Below are positions 10,421 to 23,569 of a stretch of 40,861 nt of DNA, one piece after another. The DNA comes from Octopus bimaculoides (lineage: Eukaryota). The notes under the pieces are model-generated. The model was not told the DNA's origin. It saw nothing but the letters and a program-made list of their open reading frames with translations, and searched no databases. Position numbers and translations under genes: made by a program. The stretch's first letter is position 1. Every line of letters starts with the position of its first letter. The stretch is from the NCBI RefSeq assembly GCF_001194135.2, contig NC_068986.1, forward strand, positions 74,262,499-74,303,359, in the 5' to 3' direction.

Positions 10421-12277
10421 TAATTTTTAAAATTCCTTAGCATAGCGGTGCTACTGAGGAACATTAACTGGTTTGAGATGAACTCAACAGACACAGAAGT
10501 GACACCAGGGAGGATTGCTCAAGATGCATGCAAAATGATGAAACTAAACTACATACAATCATGCAGTGTCTGAGCACTTCTGACTTGTTGAATGGCTGTT
10601 GTTACATGCAAGATGCATCTAGCTATCAACCAAGTCCACCATGAGGATTTTCTACTGCCCACCTTTAACAAGGTGGGGCAGGTAGTGTTTCTTTATCTGA
10701 TGGCTATGTCAAAAGAAGCTGTATAGTGGATGAGGCTGAAAGGATTAAGTACTGAAACATTAATTTCAGTATAAAGTGAGGATGGAAATGGAAGTGCTCT
10801 CTTTTTGACTAATTCTTATCAAAAGGTGAATGACTGACAAAATTGATTAGGATAAATGAATCTACTCTAAGTATGCACTTGTAGAGTGCTGAAAACAGCA
10901 AGGTAAGGGATCATATCCTTAGTAGTAAAGCAGCCCACAAATCTTGGGCATGTAAGGGTTCCTTAATCGGTCTAGTTACAGGCTCTTCTGTATCAGGAGG
11001 ACTGCACCAGCCATGGTTTCACATGCTATGTATGCTTTTTATCCCATCTCTTCTCCTCCCCTCTCTTTCCATCATGTGTTTTATATAACCACCATACTCG
11101 CAATTTGTAAACTGTCCTTGTAATGTTCTCCTCATCAGATATCCTTAAATCCTTGGGATAAATATATCATCATCATTTGGCTTAGACAGAGGAAGAAGGG
11201 CAGCCCCATGATTGAATTTAAGGCCTTGTAATTGGTGAGAAAAAGAAAACCTCCCACCACTCACAAAGCCCAATTGCTTGCAATGTGGTGATCTTTGCTA
11301 AAGATAACAAAGAGCCAGATTGCCATCTCAAACCCATCTCCAGGTCAAGTCTCATTCAAAAACAGGAAAGGTCACTCCGAGTGCTTCCTCAGAGATTGTG
11401 TCTTCCAAATTTCAGTCACAAAGATTGGCTGTCTAAAGCTGAAACCTCATAGTGGCAAAATAAACTTTAAGCCACACAACCATACCTGCACACATATATT
11501 AGACACAATAAATAAAGAAACAAGCAAACAAACAAAATGGAGACTGAAACATTTCAAAGATGGTATATGAAATGAAAACTTCAATGGTGGAAGTCGACAG
11601 TTAAAAGACATTTGAAACTATTGTACACAATAACATTTCTCTGAATTTTAAAACTGAAATTTAGTCTTTGTGTTTATTTACTGTTTCAACTTCAAACAAA
11701 ATGATGCTAGTGTAAACAATAAACTTCATTCAGTTATTTTATTTGATTCACTTGCTGTGTTTTTTTATTAAATTGTTTGAAACATTCATTTGTCTCAGAA
11801 AAATAAAACAATAAACAAAAGATACAATCGAAGTGATATGAACCTTCCCCAGCCGTCTGTGATACAATGGTCTCTAGTAAAGGCATCAAAGGACCATGTG
11901 GTCATCTTAGACCAGGTGGCAGGTCAAGTCTATTCATTCAAGAGCAAGAATGGTTCCTTCAAGAGTTCATATCTGGACATACATTGAATCAAAATGAAAA
12001 TTTCTTCAAAAGTAAAGAAAAACAAAAACAATGTTTATAACAATCAATTTGATATTAAAAAAATGATATAATTTTATATAAAATTTTTCAGTAGTTTGAA
12101 TGTTATAAATGTTACAACACACAGAGGCAAATAGTTATTATTTATTAAATATTGTTCTACAGATGGTAAAATGTAGAGTGAGCTCACAGTGACCACTGTG
12201 TGATCAAATCTGTGTATCTAATTGGTTGATGACATTTGAGCTTTGACAGACCTGGACATCAGACCAATATACAGGCA

Positions 12278-12434
12278 AAGGTGTGACTTTGGTAAGAAGC
12301 TTGCTTTCCAACCACATGGTTCAGGGTTTGATCCCACTGTGTGACACCTTGGGCAACTGTGTTCTACTATAGCCCTGGGTCGACCAAAGCCTTATGAGTG
12401 AATTAGGTTGGCAGAAACTGAAAGAAGCCTGTCG

Positions 12435-12460
<26 letters not shown>
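12278..12460 (+). mobile_element. SINE family A head
   Basis: ggtaagaagcttgctttccaaccacatgg and gaaactgaaagaagcc followed by (TA)n. Confidence 0.8.
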
Positions 12461-12467
<7 letters not shown>

Positions 12468-12640
12468 GACAAGCATTTTTCAGTTTTAAAAAATATATAT
12501 AATGCATTAACAGAGCCTGAATGATTGCTTTAAGATACAGGGTGTATTTTATAAATATGCCTGTTCAAGTATCATAATAGCATGAAACTATTAGTAGCTC
12601 TTTTAGTTGTGTATTTAATTTGATATATATGTTATTGCAG

Positions 12641-12808
12641 ACTCCACTTGGCCAACTGAATTTGAGAGATGCCCGTCTTGATGAGATAGATCATCCAGAT
12701 GAGTCTGATGAGGATTCAACAGTCATGATGGTTGACAGACATGTTATCGCTATATGGCCACCCTTACAAGGACCAACCTACCTCATCATCCCTACAAAAC
12801 AGGAAAAG
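12641..12808 (+). CDS. PLEKHH1/2: Exon C, second PH domain
   Basis: ttattgcag acceptor and AAG|gtatgc donor; 168 nt, phase 0-0; TPLGQLNLRDARLDEIDHPDESDEDSTVMMVDRHVIAIWPPLQGPTYLIIPTKQEK with family motifs PLGQ, SDED and QGPTYL. Confidence 0.95.
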
Positions 12809-13052
12809 GTATGCATATTTTGTTTCTTTACTTCCTCTTTATTGCTCTATGATATATTGTTAGGAAAACACTAAATGGATACGTGGATAGATGGGTGAGG
12901 AGACACAGGAGAGGAGATATGTATGAATGCTTTATCAAACATCATATAAATAGCTTTATGAAAACACTTGTAGGAAAAAATAGGGTATACATATATTTAT
13001 CTATTTATCTTTCCATCTCTCTCTTAGTTTGTAATACATATGTATAGGTGCA

Positions 13053-13198
13053 GGTGTGGTTGTGTGGTAAGAAGCTTGCTTCCCAACCACATGGTTCCGG
13101 GTTCAGTCCCCCTGCATGTGTTTTCTACTATAGCTTCAGGCTGACCAAACCTTTGTGAGTGGATTTGATAGATGGAAACTTGGAAACTGAAAGAAGTT

Positions 13199-13244
<46 letters not shown>

Positions 13245-13460
13245 GTGCATGTTTGTCCCCCTCCACCACTTGACAATCAGTGCTGGTATGTTTACATCCT
13301 GTAACTTAGCAGTTCAGCAAAAGAGGCCAATAGAATAAGTACCAGGCTTTACAAAATTAATGAGAACTGGGGTCAATTCGTTCAGCTAAAATTCCTCAAG
13401 ATGGTGCCCCAACATGGCGATAATCTAATGAATGAAACTGAAACAAGTAAAAACAAGTAA
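13053..13460 (+). mobile_element. Full-length SINE family A
   Basis: Head gtggttgtgtggtaagaagcttgcttccc, B box gggttcagtcc, internal (TG)n, tail gaaacaagtaaaa. Confidence 0.85.
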
Positions 13461-14496
13461 ACAATATGTATATAAGTATATCATCATCATCATCATCATC
13501 ATCAAAAAGGCAAAAGCTCGCTCAATCTCGATTTTCAGTTGGACAGCTCGACAGGATCTAATTAGTTCAACGACTGCATCATGCTATGTCTGCTTTGACT
13601 TTATTTCTATATCTGGATACCTTTCCTAATGCCAACCACTTTACAGAGTGTACTGGGTGGTTTTCTCATGCCACTGGCACTACTGAGAGTACCATGCAGC
13701 TTGCAAACTTACAAAACCTGAGTGGAATAGAGTTCTGTGCTAGCAGAAGAGAGTTAATATATGAAAAATAGGAGTTACATGACTACTCACATTTAGAAGA
13801 GAAATCAATCAGTCATAATTGCAAAGTGATAAATTGTGGTGATGAGGTGTCCAGGTTGCACCTCAAGGTATAAAGTGAGTAAAAGTGAGGGCAAAGGAAC
13901 GAGAAATGGTTGGCAGTGGGGTGGAGCTTGCACGAATGTATGGGAAAAGAAGAAATAAGGAAAATGAGAGAGGAGAGGAAGGCAATGTCCATAAGGATTG
14001 GGTAGGATTGAAGGATAAATACCAAGGGGGGAATTGCCAATGGTAGAGGGAGGTGCAAGAAGTGAGACGTAACAGGATAGTAATAATGATACAGTTCATA
14101 TGAGGAGTTATGCTGTCATTCTCTTTTTGACAAAACTACTAAGTTATGGGGATGTGAAGAAACCAACTCTAAGTGTAAATTATGTGTGTATGTGCATACA
14201 CACACATATCCATACATTCATGCATATGTTTGTAAACATTATCAACCACATATTCTTAATGTACATACTTCGTGTATTTGCCAGTAGGCTTTGACTTAGC
14301 ATGGAGAATACTCTTTCAAAATCATGGACTTTCAGGTGTTTTGACACCTGGTGCTTTAAGAGATTATTCTCCACCACTACAAGTCATAGCCTACCAGTAA
14401 ATACACATAGTGTGCACATTAAGTATATGTGGTTGATGATGTCTATTACACTAGCACTGCATCTATTTCATATTTGAACACACTTGCATGTAGGTA

Positions 14497-14656
14497 CAGG
14501 TATGGGTGTGTAGGTAAGAAGTTCACTTCCCAACCTAAGAGTCTCAAGTTCAGTCCAACAGTGTGGCATCTTAGGCATGATTCATTAATAACTATAGCCT
14601 TGAGGCTGACCAAATCTTTGTTAGTTGATCTGGTAGACAGAAACTGAAAGAACCCA
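14497..14656 (+). mobile_element. Degenerate SINE family A head
   Basis: ggtaagaagttcacttcccaacc and gtagacagaaactgaaagaaccc. Confidence 0.65.
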
Positions 14657-15369
14657 TTAAAAAAAAATGGATATGTAGACAGACTGATTGTTCTTGTTGA
14701 ATGTTTCTTGTTTCTTGTCACTGGAAAAATAAATGATATCTAAACACACACTGTTGAAGTCTGTAATTGTTTCTGGTCTGTAGTTACTCAGTCAGGAATA
14801 ACTAGTAGTTTAATCAGATAAAATTCTTTAGCATTATTTATTCTCTTAACTTCCAATTCTTGGCTTGGTGCCATCTTATTTTCAATGATATTATTGAAAA
14901 TATGGAGGTGATTGTTTTATACGATAATCATAGGATGAAGAGTGAAATTTATGACTTTGGTTGGCTGTCTTTCACTGGCGGAATAGCATGAGTAAAAGAG
15001 AGTAATAGGTTATTGTAAATGTTTATATATGGTCAGCAGATAGAAAGAGATTGAGGTGAAGGAAAAAGTGGGCCAAGAATTTAGTGAGGTAGTGAGGTGG
15101 AGCAGTCTAAGAAATAAGACAACAGCAATGCTAGAAAAACAGAACTGATATGCATATTGTTGTTGTTGTTGAGCATCAGGTCAACTGTGTTCATGTAGAA
15201 TTGAGAAGGAATGGTTCAGATAAATTTAGAAGAAAGGGTTGGGAGGAAGAAAATGAAAATATAATGTTGGTTAACCATTTTGCTGTGGAAATCAGATATA
15301 TCCACTCAAAATTTCATTACAGTTTTATATATGTATATATACCAATCTATCTTTTGTTGCACAATGTCA

Positions 15370-16105
15370 GGATCTTTTTCAATCTCACACACAGATTTTT
15401 TGATTAATTTTTTAAAAACTAAACAGTTTGAAACTTTGGATACTGGTTGAATGTGTCATGTAGAACTTGGTTTACTCTTAACGTTTTTGACAAAATTTTG
15501 TATTTTAGAAGTTATTTCATGTTAAAGTTATCGTATTTGGGTAATTTTTAACCAATCAATAATGTGTATTCAGCTGAAGAAAGTTACTGCTGTTTTCAAA
15601 AATAATGGAAGGGCAAAAACTTCCGGGCCATCGGGTCATCTGTTTTGGATGCTGCATACATATATGTACGTAAATACACAGACACATGTATACGTATACA
15701 CACACACACACATGCAACTTTTAGAATGCCGAGGAAAGGAAAGGGAGGTGGGTGTGAGGAATACATAGCTTTAAGGAGGGAGGGGGACAGTTGTTCATGC
15801 TGACCATCACATACACACACACACACACACACACATTCATATGTAAAGCTGATACCCCCCCCCCCACGAATGGAAGCAAGGAAAAGGAGAGGGTTTAATA
15901 AATTAATATGCAGTGGTAGGGGGTGGGTAAGTTTATATAAGCTGCCGTTCAGATCGCCAACACACCACCACTCTCTCTGTTCTTTCTCTGTATCTGTCTA
16001 TCTTCTCTCTCTCGCTCTACGATTTGCTGGAAATAACACCCAAATCTCTCTCAATGTCACATGCTAACATTATATAAATGAGAGGATACATTGGATAAGA
16101 TGGAA

Positions 16106-16141
<36 letters not shown>

Positions 16142-16496
16142 GTATTCCCTATAAAAGAACTTTCTGTTTTTCTTACACACCTTTCTTATCTTTTATAATT
16201 TTCTCCCAACTCTCTCTCTCTCTCTTTCATGACCTGATGACCCGGAAGTTGTTGCTCTTCCATTACTTTTGCAAACAGCAGTAACTTTCTTCAGCTGAAT
16301 ACACGTCATTGATTGGTTAAAATTACCCAAATACGACAACTTTAACATGAAATAACTTCTAAAATATAAAATTTGTCAAAAACGTTAAGAGTAAACCATG
16401 TTCTTTGTGACACATTCAACCAGTATCCAAAATTTCAAACTGTTTAGTTAAAAAAAAATTAATTAAAAAAACCTGTGTCTGAGATTGAAAAGATCC
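15370..16496. mobile_element. Non-autonomous long-TIR (foldback-type) element, about 270-bp TIRs and 589-bp interior
   Basis: 15370-15639 is the reverse complement of 16229-16496 with scattered mismatches; termini ggatc / gatcc; no ORF inside. Confidence 0.8.
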
Positions 16497-16589
16497 AAAT
16501 GCCATGTTTGAAACTATTTTTGCTCTTTATTGAGGCAATGAGGCTTGCAAAAAATACCAATTCCAGATTTTGGTAGATATTTGACATCA

Positions 16590-16920
16590 CTCACCCAATT
16601 CAACCAGGGATTCATCACTCATGAGGGAAGAGCCCCACCCTGGACTCCTTCCACCTCTGTCTGTTTCAGGCCAGTTGTGGCCATGTAGGCCCCAGATAGC
16701 AGGTGGGATCATCTCACCATCTTGTCTTTGGTCAACCTCTTGATCATGTCCATGGTCTTGATGTCCATTCCATCACCCTGATTGTCTATTGTTCTTCAGT
16801 TGCACGATGTGGCCACCCAATCTATATTTGTTCTCTTTGATAGTCCTTATGATGTCATTGACTCTTATGTGCTGTTGAATCCAGGCATTGGTTTTCTTGT
16901 CCCACAGTGTGATACTGGGA
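16590..16920 (-). mobile_element. RTE-clade LINE 3' remnant
   Basis: Minus-strand translation ITLWDKKTNAWIQQHIRVNDIIRTIKENKYRLGGHI, then after a frameshift RVMEW..SRG*PKTRW*DD..NRQRWK, matching the RTE ORF C-terminus. Confidence 0.75.
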
Positions 16921-17392
16921 TAATAATGAAATTTAATTTTTCAGTTTAAGTGTTCATGAGTGAACATCTTTTGTGATGAAATATTTTCACATCCTGTAGA
17001 ATGAGGTGTGTTTTGGAGTCAATGTAACAAATACATTCTTTCAAAAATGAAAGAAAGTGAAGTACTTCATGGAGCAGTTGATCTGTGCTTTGTGAAAAAT
17101 TGTTCATTTCTCAAGTGTGAAGTTTATTTTAGTTTGGTAAAAGAAATACACTCTTGGTATAGTCTTAGTTATATCAAAGAGGTTCTAACATTTGAAAGAT
17201 TTAAGACCAGAAAGAAGGAATAAAAGAGATTGTGTTAGGCTGAAGATTAAAAGGAGTTCTAAAGAGAGATTTTTGGGGTCACTTCTCAGGCAGATTCTTC
17301 TTATTTTTTGAATTCTTCTAATAGAAATGTAAATAGAGCAATGTTACTGTGTATATTAAATTTTGTTTGTTGTGTTTGATCTGACTATGTGA

Positions 17393-17518
<126 letters not shown>

Positions 17519-18101
17519 TGAATATTTCTTTATGAAGTGATTATTTCCTCTTCTGTATGCACAATTTTCTGCGAGTGAGTGACTTTCTGTTCACTAAAGT
17601 TAGAGCAGAATAAATGAATATTTCTCCTTTACTAACTCAAGAAGTCAAATTGAAATGGAATCTAAAAGGTAAAGGTATTCCTGTTCTAGTCATATAATCC
17701 TGGACTCAAATACTTCTGAGAATGTTTTCTGTTTTCTATAAAACAAAAACCTCTTATATAGTTGGAGTTTAGTCTCAAGACTTAAACAGTGAATTTCATA
17801 AAGACAAAGATATCAGTATTATTTTAGAGGTTGACAGTATATTTGATGGTTGATTTAAGATATTGTCCTCATGAGACATCACATGTGAAGTTTATTGCTC
17901 CAACATTGCCCTAAACACTATACTTGAATTAAATTATCTGAATTAATAAAGGCTAATCCATGGTCAAGCGAAGTAGCTGTAGAGGGAAGGGAATATGTGG
18001 AATATATTCCCTCCCTTCTATAGCTCCTTTTCTCTGACTTGTGGACTCTTAGATGACTCACACACACACACACACAAGTGCGTGCACACACACACACATA
18101 T

Positions 18102-18134
<33 letters not shown>

Positions 18135-18135
<1 letters not shown>

Positions 18136-19419
18136 TGGGTTGGTGCATAATTATTGTGGCTTTTTGCAACAAATTTTATTCAACAAAAACAATAACAATA
18201 TTTAACAAAAACATCGTTAAATGACAGTCGGCTTTTTTCATAAACATGTGTATTAAAAATCATATCCACATTCGTCATATTATGCTCTACCAATTCCAGA
18301 AAGGCTGGAATGCAGCACAGTCATTTCATGATCTCAATGAACTTTTTGGTGAAGGAACAATCAGAAAAAGTCAAGCTGAAAGATGGTTCAGGAAGTTCAA
18401 ATCAGGCGATACAAACCTCGCAAATGAAAAACAAAGAGGTCAACTATCAAATTTAAATGACCAGGCACTTTTGGCAGCTGTTTAAGAGGATGAAAGCTTG
18501 ACAACGAGAATGTTGGCTGAAAAATTCAATCTGGACCATTTGACCATTGTTCGTCGTCTCAAAAAGTTCAGGAAAGTATGGAAATTGGTTGGGTGAGTCC
18601 CCCACGAACTCTCCGATAACAACAAAGCCAAACATGTCTGAAATTTTACCGATTTGCTGCAGCAAAATGAGCAAACTCCCTTCCTGAAGAATCTCATCAC
18701 TGGGGATGAATGGTGGCTTCTCTTCAAAAATGTCAAAAGAAAGAAGGTTTCATGTTTCGCCAGGTGTTTCACCCAAAGGAATACCGAAAGGCGTCCACTG
18801 TAAGAAGGCAATGTGGTGTGTTTGGTGGCACAGAAGTGGAATCATTCACTGGGAAATAATCTCAAACGGGATTTGTCATAGGTGGAATGATGACAATGAG
18901 CATCAACAGTGGCGCATTCTGGACAATAATGGCAAGCAGCAATTGAATATATCAAAAGCAATGTTTATCTAGTTCAACATGACCACATTCATGCTGCAAT
19001 AGAAATGAAAAGAACCATATTATCTTCCACCATGATAATGTGTGTCCACATGTTGAGCATCATGTCATCGAATCTATCGCCAATAAGAGCTGGAAGCTGC
19101 TTCCTCATCTGCCATATTCTCCCACAGAAGCACTTACGGACTATCTTGTCAATCGATCGCTGAAAAAATTGGCTTGTGAACAAAGTTTCTGATGACTTGA
19201 ATGACTTGGTGGCCACCATCAAAGAGTAGATTGCCTCTAAGAATAGTAACTTCTTAACCCATGGAATCGACCATCTGCCAAGCAAACGGGAAGCAGTAAT
19301 TGAAGTAGATGGTGAATATGCTCTGGAATAATCATTTAAAGATGTTTTTGTTATATGTTATTGTTTTTGTTGAAGAAAATTTGTTGAAAAAAGGCTGCAA
19401 CAATTATGCACCAACCCAA
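18135..19419 (+). mobile_element. Full-length defective mariner (DD34D) transposon, 1285 bp
   Basis: TIRs of about 44 bp starting ttgggttggtgcataatt at both ends; TA at 18133-18134 (CA at the 3' side). Confidence 0.95.
18246..19331 (+). pseudogene. Mariner transposase pseudogene
   Basis: HTH-like N-terminus; G*VPHEL (WVPHEL with a stop at 18594); TGDE at 18705; HHDN to PYSPTEALTD with 34 residues between the last two Asp; several stops and frameshifts. Confidence 0.93.
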
Positions 19420-19420
19420 C

Positions 19421-19641
19421 AAATATATATATATATTTACATATGAGGTAAAAGCATCTCTAGTATAATAAATATTGTTAAATACATATACTACTGTATA
19501 TGCTTTGTGTATTTTCTAGTGGTTGCAATGGCACAGCGGAGTATATAACTCTCATGCTACCAGTGTCAAAGAGGCAAGATAACTCACCCTCAGTCACATT
19601 TGGGAGTGATGGACATTGATGTTTCACCATTTTTGTGGCTT
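19421..19641 (+). repeat. 221-bp exact direct copy of 20295-20515 across the first N gap
   Basis: Base-for-base identity at offset 874; the first copy ends exactly at the gap. Confidence 0.92.
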
Positions 19642-20271
19642 NNNNNNNNNNNNNNNNNNNNNNNNNNNNNNNNNNNNNNNNNNNNNNNNNNNNNNNNNNN
19701 NNNNNNNNNNNNNNNNNNNNNNNNNNNNNNNNNNNNNNNNNNNNNNNNNNNNNNNNNNNNNNNNNNNNNNNNNNNNNNNNNNNNNNNNNNNNNNNNNNNN
19801 NNNNNNNNNNNNNNNNNNNNNNNNNNNNNNNNNNNNNNNNNNNNNNNNNNNNNNNNNNNNNNNNNNNNNNNNNNNNNNNNNNNNNNNNNNNNNNNNNNNN
19901 NNNNNNNNNNNNNNNNNNNNNNNNNNNNNNNNNNNNNNNNNNNNNNNNNNNNNNNNNNNNNNNNNNNNNNNNNNNNNNNNNNNNNNNNNNNNNNNNNNNN
20001 NNNNNNNNNNNNNNNNNNNNNNNNNNNNNNNNNNNNNNNNNNNNNNNNNNNNNNNNNNNNNNNNNNNNNNNNNNNNNNNNNNNNNNNNNNNNNNNNNNNN
20101 NNNNNNNNNNNNNNNNNNNNNNNNNNNNNNNNNNNNNNNNNNNNNNNNNNNNNNNNNNNNNNNNNNNNNNNNNNNNNNNNNNNNNNNNNNNNNNNNNNNN
20201 NNNNNNNNNNNNNNNNNNNNNNNNNNNNNNNNNNNNNNNNNNNNNNNNNNNNNNNNNNNNNNNNNNNNNNN
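19642..20271. other. Assembly gap (630 N)
   Basis: Run of N. Confidence 1.
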
Positions 20272-20345
20272 TATATATATATATATAAATATATAAATAT
20301 ATATATATATTTACATATGAGGTAAAAGCATCTCTAGTATAATAA

Positions 20346-20945
20346 ATATTGTTAAATACATATACTACTGTATATGCTTTGTGTATTTTCTAGTGGTTGC
20401 AATGGCACAGCGGAGTATATAACTCTCATGCTACCAGTGTCAAAGAGGCAAGATAACTCACCCTCAGTCACATTTGGGAGTGATGGACATTGATGTTTCA
20501 CCATTTTTGTGGCTTGTCAACACCACCTACCCACCTGGGTAGGCGAGTCAACTAGCTAGTCCAATGACTTATATACTCATGGCTTGTCAAATCATGAGCT
20601 GGTATATCCGGAAATTGCATACCTAAGTAAATTTTCTCTTAGGTATGCAATTTTCGGACATATCAGCTCATGATTTTACAAGCCATGAGTATATAAGTCG
20701 TTGGACTAGCTAGCTGACTCGCCTTCAACCCAGGCAGGTAGGTGGTGTTGATAAACCCCAAAAATGGCGAAGCATTGACGCCCATCACTCACAAATGGGA
20801 TTGAGGGTGAGTTATCTCACCTGTCCACAGCTCTAAGGTGTTCTAACACTGGCGCCATGAGAGTTGTATACTCGGCAATGGTGTACCATTGCAGCCACCA
20901 GAAAATACACAAAGCATATGCATTAGTATATGTATTTAACAATAT
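20346..20945. mobile_element. 600-bp palindromic foldback element with a 10-nt loop
   Basis: 20346-20627 pairs with 20638-20945 (by eye about 85% identical, one indel of about 20 bp); centre gcatacctaag-taaattttct-cttaggtatgc. Confidence 0.85.
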
Positions 20946-21294
20946 ATATATATATATCTCTCTATATATATATATACATACATATACACACAGACACGCA
21001 CACACACATTAATTGAAGTGTACAGTATTAAATACCTGTTATGGTCAAGTTTACCAATCAGTTTTGTTCTAGGTGTTCAAAAGAGTGTTAGATAACAGTC
21101 CAATTATGTAATCCTGTTACCTGACACTCTGCTGAACCCCTATTGTGAAACCAATTGGTAAGATCGGCCATAATGGATATATAATAATGTACATTTCGAT
21201 TAATATATTCTCTCTACTGACAGATATACAAGTGCATTTTTTCCTGACTTATGGATTTTTAGACACCTATATATATATATATATATATATATAT

Positions 21295-21890
21295 NNNNNN
21301 NNNNNNNNNNNNNNNNNNNNNNNNNNNNNNNNNNNNNNNNNNNNNNNNNNNNNNNNNNNNNNNNNNNNNNNNNNNNNNNNNNNNNNNNNNNNNNNNNNNN
21401 NNNNNNNNNNNNNNNNNNNNNNNNNNNNNNNNNNNNNNNNNNNNNNNNNNNNNNNNNNNNNNNNNNNNNNNNNNNNNNNNNNNNNNNNNNNNNNNNNNNN
21501 NNNNNNNNNNNNNNNNNNNNNNNNNNNNNNNNNNNNNNNNNNNNNNNNNNNNNNNNNNNNNNNNNNNNNNNNNNNNNNNNNNNNNNNNNNNNNNNNNNNN
21601 NNNNNNNNNNNNNNNNNNNNNNNNNNNNNNNNNNNNNNNNNNNNNNNNNNNNNNNNNNNNNNNNNNNNNNNNNNNNNNNNNNNNNNNNNNNNNNNNNNNN
21701 NNNNNNNNNNNNNNNNNNNNNNNNNNNNNNNNNNNNNNNNNNNNNNNNNNNNNNNNNNNNNNNNNNNNNNNNNNNNNNNNNNNNNNNNNNNNNNNNNNNN
21801 NNNNNNNNNNNNNNNNNNNNNNNNNNNNNNNNNNNNNNNNNNNNNNNNNNNNNNNNNNNNNNNNNNNNNNNNNNNNNNNNNNNNNNNNNN
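21295..21890. other. Assembly gap (596 N) within (AT)n
   Basis: Run of N flanked by (TA)n. Confidence 1.
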
Positions 21891-21918
21891 TATATATATA
21901 TATATATATATATCACCT

Positions 21919-22170
21919 CTGTATGCAAGGGTCTTTGAAACAACTATGAGAAAAGTTGGACATAGGTGGCTGGAATCTTTTGAACTGTGAGTATATGGAC
22001 GGTTGTTAAAGGTTAATGGAATTGAAAAGAAAACCAAGTAGAAGAACTAAGAATTGACTGATGAAAACTGGCAACTGCTGTCTTAAGTTTGGAATTCAGA
22101 AGAGAGTGAAAAAGCATGTGGTATGGCTTCTACAGCATTACTTGAGCTAGACAATAGATTTCTTAATGTT
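21919..22170 (+). mobile_element. Heavily decayed RTE-like LINE fragment
   Basis: LYARVFETTMRKVGHRWLESFEL*VYGRLLKVNGIEKKT resembles the RTE LYGxETWT..FEMWxYRRxL..W.EK.TN block. Confidence 0.5.
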
Positions 22171-23569
22171 TTACTCTTACTGTCTCTGGAACTATTGCAA
22201 CTGTCGGAGACTTATTTGAACTATTTGATGTAAACAAAAGTTATTGAGACATGAACAGAAAGAAACATCAAGCCATAAAAAGGAAAAAAAGAAAAGATTT
22301 GTGTTAAATATTTCTTTAAGAAAGACAACATAGACTAACCAGACCAAGTAAAATCTTGGTTTTTCTCTCTAAGCTGTCATCTTCCTTACCATCTTCAATA
22401 GTTACATAATTATTCCACCCTTCTCTATTAAATCATACTTCAACAACAAAAGCTGCTTCACCTATATGTGCAACCAATTCAGAGAAGGTACTGATCTGAT
22501 CTGAGACCTTATGGTAAAACTAAAATGACTACAGCACGGAAGATACATAATCTTAGTCTTAGTTCCTCCTACACTGTTGACCCGCATGTTAAGTAATAAT
22601 CCTAGCTTTGAGTATACTCCCATGTATCTTCCCAGATGATGTTAAGTTGCTTCAGATCTTCTTTGGAGATAGCACTCCATATCTTCTTTACAATAAAAAC
22701 AAGAACATTGCAGCAAAGCTGCATGATAGTGGTGTCAGACGTGGTATGCAGACCATCATATAACTTGTTTGATATTGTGTTTTTATTCTTTTCTTCCATT
22801 TTACAAATTCAGTGTGCATATTCACATTGCATGTTCATACTTCTTTTTCTGGTTCCTACTCAAAACTGTTTACAGATCACAACCATCTCACAAATGCAGG
22901 TTCATGAGGAGTGCTTTGTGATCTGATGGTTGTGAAAAAATATTTCCATGTACAGAAATCAACTTTAACAACCTCCATCTAAGACAATGTTGAATGTTGT
23001 AAAGATGTCATGCATCACAGAAATGGGGACTAACACAACGATTGGAGCAAAAATCTAAGAGTAATGGGATTCTCTTTTACCCTAAATTCACATATACTGT
23101 CTACATAAAGAATTTAAGTGACACTTGTCAGCAGAACTTCACATTATTCCCATTACACTCTACTTGTGCTAAACAAAACTATAGAAAGTATATAACAGTC
23201 ACATGACCTACACTTAAATACGTAAACACTGTTGGTGGCACAGTTATTATTTCAGATAAAAAATTAAATCCCTGCTCTGTATGGTTGTGTAATCAAAATA
23301 TAACACCACCAGACAATAAGAAAGCCTATACAATGTTGCTGGACTTGTGAGAAACAGTAACCAAATCTCTCTCAAACCACACCCTACTGTCTTGGGAAAT
23401 GAAGGATACTTTAAAAAATGTAGGCCTAAGTTATGCCATGTTTTAAAATAAGGTAGTGTTGCTGTTGTTGGAATGCCTTTAACCATTGGTTTACTTGATC
23501 AGGGATGACTTGATGGTTAAAAGACACCAACAACAACTTAATCTTCCCACAAATTGAAGTTACACAAGA

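Noticed and set aside
11790-11987. 65-aa ORF with protein-like composition
   Set aside because: No flanking splice signals, no motif recognised, and exons B and C already join without a gap in the protein.
13800-14070. Purine-rich stretch with RGR-like codons, possible LINE end
   Set aside because: Too degenerate to support a family call.
16233-16250. ctgatgacccggaag as a second hammerhead core
   Set aside because: No proper stem II or GAAA and no stem I partner; it is part of the long TIR.
22580-22800. Minus-strand KKIWSAISKEDLKQL, reminiscent of a Tc1 transposase C-terminus
   Set aside because: No catalytic motif or TIR found; similarity is within chance.
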